Shown: positions 21,006 to 29,663 of the stretch, in pieces
Numbering within the stretch: position 1 is the first letter of the stretch
Layout of the letters: every line of letters begins with the position of its first letter
From: Vezdaea acicularis
Taxonomy: Eukaryota
Reading direction: 5' to 3'
Assembly (NCBI GenBank): GCA_026025075.1
Contig: JAPEUI010000032.1
Span: forward strand, 124,001 to 153,663
Length of the DNA: 29,663 nt
The notes under the pieces: generated by a model
Databases searched by the model: none
What the model was told of the DNA's origin: nothing
The model's input: the letters and a program-made list of their open reading frames with translations, nothing else
Position numbers and translations under genes: made by a program

Positions 21006-23725
21006 ATGACCGCGACAACCTCTCACCGTTCGCCCCGTTCATCCTGGGACATGTCTCAACCACGTTCATCACATCGTCAATTCCAACTACCCTCCACAAC
21101 ACCCCTCGGAATGCCAGTGCGAGCTCCAGCCTCCGTGGGACAAGCCATGCCACCTCCTATACCTTTTGCAAAGGCGCTGTCGCCTATACCACAGGACACA
21201 CGCGCATCAAGTCCGAACTACTTCGGTCTTATCGTCGATTCAAGTAACGTTCCAGTAGACTCGGACGACAACCGCCATCCACGAGGCGGGTGGAGTCCTC
21301 CGTCGTCATCGGTTCGTTCGACCGCGGCTCCTTCTCCTCGAATTCTTCCCCTCGACGCAAATCCCGAGTTCGAAGCGTTTCGACGTCAGAGCGAAAACCA
21401 CGCTTTCAGGCTGGGCCAAGGTCATCTGTCGCAATTCAGTGGAAGTGGTGACACCAGGAATACTACTCCTCAAACACCTTCAGTTCAACCTAGGGACCAA
21501 GCGCAGTCCATCTCCCCGAACTCTAGGCCAGCAGTCTTCAACCGAGAGTCATCGTCAGATCAGATGGACGTGGATCCACCAAGGCCCTTTTCACAGTCTT
21601 CCTTGACACTGACACGTTTTGAGAGCCCAGCCAGCATCTCACCTGGAACACCGGCAAGTGCCCAACGGAACGAAATCTCATATCTCGATGATAGGCACCC
21701 TAGGCTGTCCCTCCCTCATAACCGCGTAGATGCACCTTCGCCTCTAGCGCTCTCCAACCAGACTCATCGCGCGGCGACTCTACCCGGTAAAGCTACAAAT
21801 GACGATCTCCGAATGATCAATAGTCCAGATCTTCTTAACCTCATGAATGCCGATCCACAAGGCCTTTTGCTTTTGGATCTTCGGGTATATTCGCAGTTCT
21901 CACAGGCGCGGATATGGAACGCTCTGAATCTATGCATATCCACGACTCTTCTCAAGCGGGCCTCGTTCACCGTTAACAAATTGGCGGAAACGTTCTCAAA
22001 GGAGCCGGACCGGATCAAGTTCGAGAAATGGAGAGAGGTCAGGCATATAGTGGTTTACGACGACAAATCATCGACGATTCGGGACGCCGCATCGGCCGTG
22101 AATACCTTGAAAAAGTTCCCCAGAGATCAAACCCAGGCTCAGCTGTATATCCTGCAAGGAGGATTCAAGGCATTTTCTCAGATTTACCCTCACGCTCTGG
22201 ACTCAGCTCAGAATGCGGACCCAAAGTCATCGTCGGGCAAAAGCCTATCCATCAAGTCACTGTTACCAGTGGCAGGTGGCTGTCCCATGCCCAAGGCAAA
22301 GACCGCGGCGAATCCATTCTTTGACAACATCCGACAGAACATGGATCTTATCGGTGGGGTCGGCAAAATGGATCTCAAAAGACCCGCTGGCATGACGGCA
22401 CAACACGTCGCCCGATTACCGCGATGGTTACAAGTCGCTGCAAATCCTGCTGACCACGGACAGATCGTCTCGGACAAGTTTCTGCACATCGAACAGGCCG
22501 AGCAAAGTCGGATGCAGGCCGCTCTATCCAATGGGAACATGGCTGGATCGGGAAAGAAACCTTGTCAGATTGCTGGAATCGAGAACGGCTCGAAGAATCG
22601 GTACAAGAACATCTGGCCCTTTGACCATTCGAGAGTGAAGCTTCAAGAAATCGCCGAAGGAGCCTGCGACTATATCAACGCAAACTATGTGCAAGCGGCG
22701 TGGAGCCACAAGAAGTATATCGCCACGCAGGCTCCGATCCCTGCGACCTTCGATGTAAGCCCGCTCTGATCATGTACCCTTAGATACTTACTAATCACCC
22801 TTTGCTACAGGATTTCTGGAAAGTAGTTTGGGAGCAAGATGTCCGCGTCATCGTCATGCTTACCGCTGAGTCCGAGGGCGGTCAAACGAAATGCCATCGC
22901 TACTGGGCGAACAAAGAATTCGGGCCCCTTAAACTCAAACCCCTCTCCGAACGCCGCGTAACTCTCGACCCCTCCCGCTCCTCCCGCTCCGCCTCCCGTC
23001 GGCTCACCAGTCCTCCTCTTGCAGACTTCCAACAAACCGGTATTACCGCCAGTCCCGCCGCCGACGGCCGCAGCAAAGACGATACACCCAACATCATCGT
23101 CCGCAATTTCGCCCTCTCTCACGCCGCCCACCCTTTCGCCCCCATCCGCGAAATCACGCAGCTCTCCTACCCGTCGTGGCCGGACTTTGGCGCCCCCGCC
23201 CACGCTGCGCACCTCCTCGGCCTCGTCGAACAGTGCAACGCCGTCGTGCGAGCCTCCGAATCCTCCATCTCCCCACCGTCCACCGCCATCCCCACACCTT
23301 CCACACGCCCCGTACTCGTCCACTGCTCCGCCGGCTGCGGCCGCACCGGCACCTTCTGCACCGTCGACTCCGTCATCGACATGCTCAAGCAATCGCGAGC
23401 CGCCGCCGCCGGCCAATTCCCCGCCCAGCAGTGGATGGGCGGCTCCATCGATCTGGTGGAGGAGACGGTGAAACAGTTCCGCGAGGAGCGCATCAGCATG
23501 GTCCAGAACCTCGGCCAGTTCGTCCTCGCGTACGAAACCGTGCTCGAGTGGTGCATGGGCGTTGATGGCGAGCTCGTCGGTATGCCGATGAGTGCCCCCA
23601 TCCTGGGCGCTCAGCAGGAGGGCGTGGGTGCCATGGCCACTGCGATGGGGCAGGCTCAGAGGCCCGGCACGCAGCGCTCGAAGAGTGCGAGGTGGAGTTC
23701 TGGTGGGGGCCCGAGGACTGGTTGA
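21006..23725 (+). CDS. Tyrosine-protein phosphatase of the Ptp2/Ptp3/Pyp1 type (rhodanese + classical PTP domain), 2 exons, ~887 aa
   Basis: Exons 21006-22754 and 22811-23725, intron GTAAGC..CTAAT..CAG (56 nt). S/P-rich N-terminus; rhodanese-like LLLLDLRVYSQFSQARI..ALNLCISTTLLKR; PTP motifs KNRY, DYINAN, YIATQAP, WPDFG, VHCSAGCGRTG, MVQNLGQF. Confidence 0.93.
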
Positions 23726-23826
23726 GGTTGAGCGTAGATGGCGACGGGTCGTTGAATAACGGACAGTCATGTCATGATGGATATACGACGCTTTTGCGAA
23801 CACGAGGCGATGTGAATATAACGACA

Positions 23827-23898
23827 CCCCCCCCCCCCCCCCCCCCCTTTTTCTTTTCTCCTCGGCAATCCATTCATCTCCATCTCCATCTCCATCTC
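23827..23898. repeat. C21 homopolymer followed by (CATCTC)x4
   Basis: C run 23827-23847 and hexamer repeat 23875-23898 between the convergent PTP and ARP6 3' ends. Confidence 0.9.
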
Positions 23899-24523
23899 TC
23901 CGCATCTTCTATCATCCACACCACATATAACCCAGCACACCCATCCATCCATCTATCATTCATCAGCTAGACAGAAACCTATCTACCTACAGAAATTGGG
24001 ACCAGGACAACGAAGAAAAGCAGGGCCTGCATCCGGTATCCACAGCACGGACTCAGTCCTCTTGCCCCCTCGTCGCTCCTCGCATCTTTCACCTGTTTTG
24101 CATCCATCTGTTTCTTCTATTTTCTTTCATGGCATTTTTGTGTGTTTTTGTTTTCTTGGGAAGAAGGGCCGGGAAGAAGGCTGGGTAGGCAACAGGGAAA
24201 TGGAATGGGCCTTGATGAGGGGGTGTTTCCGCGGTGGCATGTGCATGTGCATCTGCATGATTCATCACGGGATATGGGCGTGTTTTTTCCTTTTTTTTCC
24301 GGGTCGGGCGGGCGGGCAGGTCATATTAGCATAGGAGAGTTAATGCATTGGGTTCATCCTGCTTCCTTGCTTATCCCTTACTACTCCGCCGTCTCCTCCC
24401 CCCCCCTCTCTAGTCCAACCACGTGAACCATCCCATCAGTATCCAGACCCCAGCAACCCCTCCCCCCCACCTCTTTCCCTAACCCGCGAGACCCATCCAT
24501 CATCAAGGGGATAAGGTGTGGTT

Positions 24524-26153
24524 TCAAACGTCCAAGCCCCCTGTCCCACCCGGCGCGAACCGTCGCGCGACCCAGCCGGCGCCGTATTCGAGGTATTCCT
24601 GGCGTGAGACGGACAGGTGGCGCAGGCGCTCGTGGTCGTTGGCGAGGTGGGCGCCGCCGAGCCAGGTGGATTTGATGGGGCTGTCAAGTGAGAATTAGCC
24701 CATTTCCTCCCCTGGACATCTTTGTGGCGGCGGCACGAAAAAGGGAAACGGGGGCAAAGAAGTCAAAAGAACAGGGAAAAGAAAAACAAGAACAAAAAAC
24801 GTACTCGACCGCGCTGTGTACTCTAACCAGCATCTCCTCGGGCGCCAACATGCGCAGTTCGCGGGCGAGCCGCTCGACGAAACCCTCTAAAAGGCTGTTT
24901 CCGCCGACGACGAGGACGTTCGCGAGGAAGGCGGGCCACATCCCGCGGGGCACGTTGGCGAGGGACTGCATGACTAGGTCGGGGGCGCCGACTTGGGCGA
25001 GGCCGACGTCGGAGGGGTGGAAGAGGAGTTCGGGGACGGAGAAACGCTCGGTGGAGAGGGTCATGATGTTTTCGTTGGCTGTCGGGGTGGTGGTGGTGGT
25101 GGTTGAGGAGGGGGGGAGGAGGTTGGTGGGTTTACCCCTGGTGGGGAGGGAGGGTTCGTGGGGGCGTCGATAGCCGCGTTTGCCGGCGCTGTAGTCGGGG
25201 AGGATGTAATCCACTATGAGTGAGGGGTCGGGGGTGCGGCGATCAGAAGGGTTGCCTTTCCAGGTTCGTTGCAGGTCGGCGGGAAAGTCCGGGGAGACGT
25301 AGCAGACGCTCTCCTTGATCTCGGTCATCAGGTGGGTCTCGTCCATCATGTAGAACTGGTGCTGGGACACCAGGTCTTTGAGGACGTTGGTCAGGAAGTG
25401 GCCGCCGATGTTCAGGCGGCGGATGGCCGGGTGGAGCGGGTACGTTTGGTAGAGGGGGGTTATGGTCGTGCTGCTGTATCCGCTGTCGAGGACGAGGAGG
25501 CATTCTGTCGGTGTGCTGGCCGGTCCAATTGAGGGGCTGCCCGTGAAGAGGGATTGGGTGTCTGTGTAGGCGTTAAGGGAGGCGCCTGCGGTGATGGCGT
25601 CAGTTCTCGAGGAGCGGCCTAGGGGGGGCGCTCTTCGGACTTACGGACCCACGCAACGGTAATAGCTTGCAAACTCGTACTCCTCGAAGACGATCTGATC
25701 GGTGTTGGTCTGTAGAGCCTGCGGCGCATTCGGCGCCTCCGTCAAGATCAAGTTGGTCTCGTGGGGATCACACTAGGTTCCTTTCGCGTCAGTCTATCCG
25801 CTCGCGAAGAAAATCTCGGGGGGGGGATATGAGCTTTCCACCTTCAGCACACCCCCGGCGTCGAAGAAACTTCGGTCCCAGATCTCTTTCTGCGCCTCCC
25901 AGTTCACCACATACCCCTTCTCGACGGGCCGCCGGAAGAGCATCTCGCTGTAGTCGGTCGCGTTGTAGAGGTCGGCGCCGATCCATGTCTTGCGGCTGCG
26001 GTCGCGCGCGAGGCAGTTGGGGATGAGGTGGCAGTCGGTGGCGGGGTCGGGGGTAGGGGTGGAGAAGCCGGCTTTGAGGGTATAGGCTCCGTTGTCGATT
26101 ATTAGGGTTGAGGGCGCAAGGGTCCTGGGCTTGGGTTTGGGGGGGCGGGGCAT
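24524..26153 (-). CDS. ARP6: Actin-related protein 6 (SWR1 complex), 4 exons, ~457 aa
   Basis: Exons 26153-25842, 25772-25649, 25585-24805, 24680-24524 join in frame. IIDNGAYTLKAGF, RRPVEKGYVVNW, LTEAPN, LVLDSGYS, GGHFLTNVLK, ERFSVPELLFHPSDVG, VVGGNS, PIKSTWLGGA, SRQEYLEYG. Confidence 0.94.
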
Positions 26154-27342
26154 TTTGCGGCGAAAGTGTGGAGGAGGGCGGAGAATTGGCGTGAGGTTTG
26201 AAGTTCGGGGATATCGACTCGGGAAAAAGGTTTAAGCGATTGGAACGTGCGTGAGTGTTCCTGAGGGAGAAAGAACATTCAACGTCGGCCGAGTTCCCAT
26301 CTCGTTGATAGAATCGCCTTTGCCTCTCCTTGTTACGAATCTAATTTCAGTCCTTCGACGACACTTCTTTCAGCTAGTTGCAGCTTCCAACCTGCTCTCT
26401 GTTCACGTACTCAGGACATGATGGAACCTTTGGGCAGCAACGAAGCAAGCAGCTACCCATGGAATTAAGCTTCAGCTCCATCTCTCAAAAGCCTATTATA
26501 AGCAGAGCCCCACCTTGAAGAGCTCTGCAGCATGCCTTGAAGGAATGCTCTGACCTCAAGGTCGATTAGGGCCCCAGCAGATTTCCGGTCTTCGACCAAT
26601 CAATCAGCTTTTTAGTCGCGACAATTCCGGCAGATGTCAAGGTAGATAGATGTCTGAGGGGTCGTCCTCAAGCACCAGGAGCGAGCCTGGTTGGGACATG
26701 TCTTATTGATACATGGTACACGCAGGATGTTCAACGTCCTGCACCCAAATTAAGCACCGGCTAAAACGATTCGCAGGGAGCAAAAGTTTTCCATCGCCGA
26801 CACCTGACGCCATGCGGCAGATTAACCGCCAGTGGTTCGCGGCAGCAAGTGGCATGTCGGTGGAGAGGGCAAAATATCTTCAACCACGGTTTAACCGCAG
26901 CTGGAGTCGGTCGCCGCCGCCCCCCTGCATATCATGGCGCAATGGGAAGGCCGTTGGAGAATTGATGCTCGAGCGAGGCGGGGATCTTCCGGGCGTCGGC
27001 CATGCGCGCCAGGGCGGCGTCCCGCCAACAGGGTTCATGTTGTCCACCGCCCCCGTGAGCAAACGTGGACGACCACGTGAGGGCGCCGGATGGACGAGGT
27101 CAGTGTCACGCTGTTCGCATCTGCTCCGGGCATGCCATGGGGGACGTCATCGTTCCGAGCATCGTCGACAGGTGGATCCCGGCGAGAGGGGGAAAGGACG
27201 ATGAGGTCCGATGCGCGTCGGGGGGCGGTCCCGAACAGGCAGCTCCCCTCCAGGCGGGAACTTGGGTCGAAGCGAGCCCGGCAGCACGGGCCAGGCGAGG
27301 GCTAGACGACGCGCCAAGATCGAAGATCGCTGCATCCGGAAA

Positions 27343-27410
27343 GGGCGAGGGCGAGGGCGCGAGGCATCAGGCAGGAGGCACCGGGCAAGAGGCAAGAGGC
27401 ACGAGGCAGA
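27343..27410. repeat. Degenerate GAGGGC / GAGGCA tandem array
   Basis: gggcgagggcgagggcgcgaggcatcaggcaggaggcaccgggcaagaggcaagaggcacgaggcaga, in the ARP6-SFL1 divergent intergenic region. Confidence 0.7.
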
Positions 27411-28983
27411 TTCAGGAGCGATCGGAGGCGACGAGAGATGCACGTGCCAGGACGACAGATGGGAGCTCGGGCACCATGAACCAGCTCAAGCTCTTTCATC
27501 CTGTATCCTTTTGCGTGGGGCATGTCCGTCGCACTGCAAAACCAGGGGATGGTGGGTCGCCCGCAGCAGCGCACTGACTGCGGGCCCGCCGACTGACCCA
27601 AAAAAGCACCCCGATTTTTTCTGCCAGATTTTCCTGAAGGATTCAAGGAAGGGCGTGGCGACACCGATACTGCTCCAATCAGAGAGAGCCAGAAACCCCC
27701 TTTCTCCCCGGCATGATGTGAGCAGTGGCCGATCTTCTGCCTCGTCTGCTCGAGCGTCAATGGGAGAAGCGCCGTACGTGCTCACGGACTGCACCCAGCA
27801 CGCCGGGCGGCGCGCCCGCTTAGATGCCCCAATCGCGATGCGGCGCACGTTCATCGAGCCCAGCCGGAGCCGAGGGGGGAGGAGGGGGAGGGAGACGCTC
27901 GCTCGAGCGACTGCCGCGACTGGCACCGACGCGGCGACTTATCACCAGCCAATCTCAGCCCGGTCGCGGCGCCGTCCCCCCCCCCGGTCGCGAATAGGGC
28001 AGGCGCTGCCTTCGCTTGTTTCCCGCGAGCGCGCGAGTCCGACGGTCTGTCGAACCACCGCCGAGCTCTCTGACGATCCGCTCGGCCGCTGCCATTGGAC
28101 TTCTGGTGCTCGCTCATTCCTGGCTCTTCCGTCAGGACCCATCCCATATCCTCGTGCGGACCCCTCGTACCATCCGCCCTTCTCTCCATCTTCTGAGCTC
28201 TGGATGCCGTTCACGTATCTCTGCTAGGAACCTCCCGAGCCTCGTGCGGTTTCTGTGCCCTGACGTCCCAGCTGCGAGAGCTGACCCGTCCCCTGAACGA
28301 TCCATGCAACCGGCCCACGGCCCTCTCGTCGCGAAGAGCTCCATCGCCGTACCCTTTTGCGTGCCGCATCGTTCAACCTACAATCATTTGCCTAAACGAA
28401 AGATATTCAATCTTGCCGGGAATCGCCTTCTTCTCCAAGACCGAGCGAGTAACATACATGACACTGGTCCGAGGCGTCGCGGAAAGCGACATCCCTAGCT
28501 AACGTTCAGACAAAGACGTCAGTCCGCCGCCGCGGCGTATCGATTGCACCTAGCGATCGCGTTTCACCGCGCGACGTCTACGGTCTGCCCGGGAGATCTC
28601 CTGTCACAGCCTTCTTCCAATCCATCCTTAGGTGCTCGACCGACTCGTCCGGTCTTCAATCTTTCTTTCTTTACTGCTGCTAGGGTTTCTTATGGGAAGA
28701 CAGCTGGTTGGGTCTGGGCATTTGACATAGAGGCGAGCCGTCAGACTTGACCGCCGCTGACACGACGATCGTCCCGTTTCAAAATAGAATTATTAAGGTA
28801 TAATTGGCAACGACCCCGGTTCACGATCCTCACGACTCTTTGACGACGGATACGAAGCTTCATTTCTCCGGCGTTGTTATCATTATCACGATCATCACGA
28901 TCCTCGGAGGAAAGATCTGTATTAGCACACTCGACGCATTTCGACCGTAGCAATCTGGTTCTAAAAAAAGTTCGACCGAAGCA

Positions 28984-29612
28984 ATGACGATGGAAGTCGA
29001 TTCCAGGCGGAATGTCCTTCCGGAGAGAGGACCGGGCGAAACTATCGGCAGAGGTCCAACGATGCCGACTATACAAACCTCGGTGCATTCTGAAGGGTCG
29101 CCTGGAGATCCGATGGATGTGACTCCAACAAACTCGACCATGGGCCCTCCCGCGCAGAGCAGCCCCGATCGTGAGCAGGCTGGGACCAGTCATACCACCC
29201 CGCCCTCCTCACAGGAGACATCGAATACAGTGAATGGCACAGCTGGGCCGGGGGGAGGAGCCGCTGCCGCCGTGTCAGCGCATCAGCCAAAGGTCGTACA
29301 GACGGCTTTCATCCATAAACTCTACAAGTACGGTCCATGAATGGCGCCGCTCTATGGCACCGCCCTTTGCGGGGTTCTGTTGACATCTGTCTAGCATGCT
29401 CGAAGACCCGAACATCCAACATCTGATCTCATGGTCGAGCTCGAACGAAGGTTTCGTCATGTCGCCCTCAAACGAGTTCTCCAAAGTTCTAGCGTATGAA
29501 AACCGTGTCGCGTGGCGGGCTTGGAAATGGCTAACTTCGGCCAGGCAATACTTCAAACATACAAACATCTCGTCTTTCGTCCGACAACTAAATATGTACG
29601 GCTTTCATAAAG
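28984..29612 (+). CDS. SFL1: HSF-type DNA-binding transcription factor, Sfl1-like (5' part; gene continues past the window)
   Basis: Exons 28984-29327, 29395-29493, 29545-29612; next intron (GTAGGC at 29613) runs off the window. Spliced product HQPKVVQTAFIHKLYNMLEDPNIQHLISWS...[28 protein letters not shown] is an HSF DNA-binding domain; QTAFIHKLY is recalled as the Sfl1 subgroup signature. Start codon uncertain. Confidence 0.85.
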
Positions 29613-29663
29613 GTAGGCCTTAGTCCGTGACACGCTTGATGTCAGTTTGGCTAAGCTGGATCT

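Noticed and set aside
22805..23905. 366-aa minus-strand ORF
   Set aside because: Antisense shadow of the GC-biased PTP exon 2; its start runs through a microsatellite and homopolymer.
25586..25648. Stwintron (nested intron) interpretation of the ARP6 GTCC|GTAAGT donor
   Set aside because: The interval is only 63 nt with a single clear branch/acceptor pair, too short for two introns.
27211..28227. 338-aa + strand ORF and overlapping ORFs at 26713-28498
   Set aside because: Arg/Gly/Ser/Pro-rich with no recognisable motif, and long ORFs occur in several frames on both strands; expected for very GC-rich promoter DNA.
1..29663. CRISPR array, rRNA/5S, transposase/RT/integrase, secondary-metabolite backbone gene
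   Set aside because: No spaced direct repeats, rRNA signatures, long terminal or inverted repeats, or corresponding protein motifs were seen by manual reading.

Overview
Gene-dense, intron-containing fungal nuclear DNA (filamentous ascomycete / Pezizomycotina style: short GT-AG introns with CTRAY-type branch sites). Manual splicing gives in-frame models for 11 protein-coding genes: a 5'-truncated modin(MOD-A)-like hypothetical protein (+), ADA2 (-), YPK1/Gad8 AGC kinase (+), an Eps1-like membrane-anchored protein disulfide isomerase (-), complex I subunit NDUFA5 (+), an intronless RpiB-family isomerase of the DerI-like type (+), CHIP/STUB1 TPR-U-box E3 ligase (-), an F-box protein (-), a Ptp2/Ptp3/Pyp1-type rhodanese-PTP tyrosine phosphatase (+), ARP6 (-) and the 5' part of an Sfl1-type HSF-domain transcription factor (+). 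I found no tRNA, rRNA, CRISPR array or intact transposon, and no convincing novel multi-gene system; most of the window is conserved housekeeping/signalling genes. The best leads are a cryptic intron that would fuse an orphan 155-codon ORF onto the F-box protein, the DerI-like isomerase with non-canonical active-site residues, two stop-free in-frame introns, a tandem 5' splice site in ARP6, a cluster of three overlapping palindromes upstream of CHIP, a possible decayed gene at ~13.0-13.8 kb, a uORF in the long phosphatase leader, and a C-to-G skew switch inside several genes. All family assignments come from motif recognition, not database searches.
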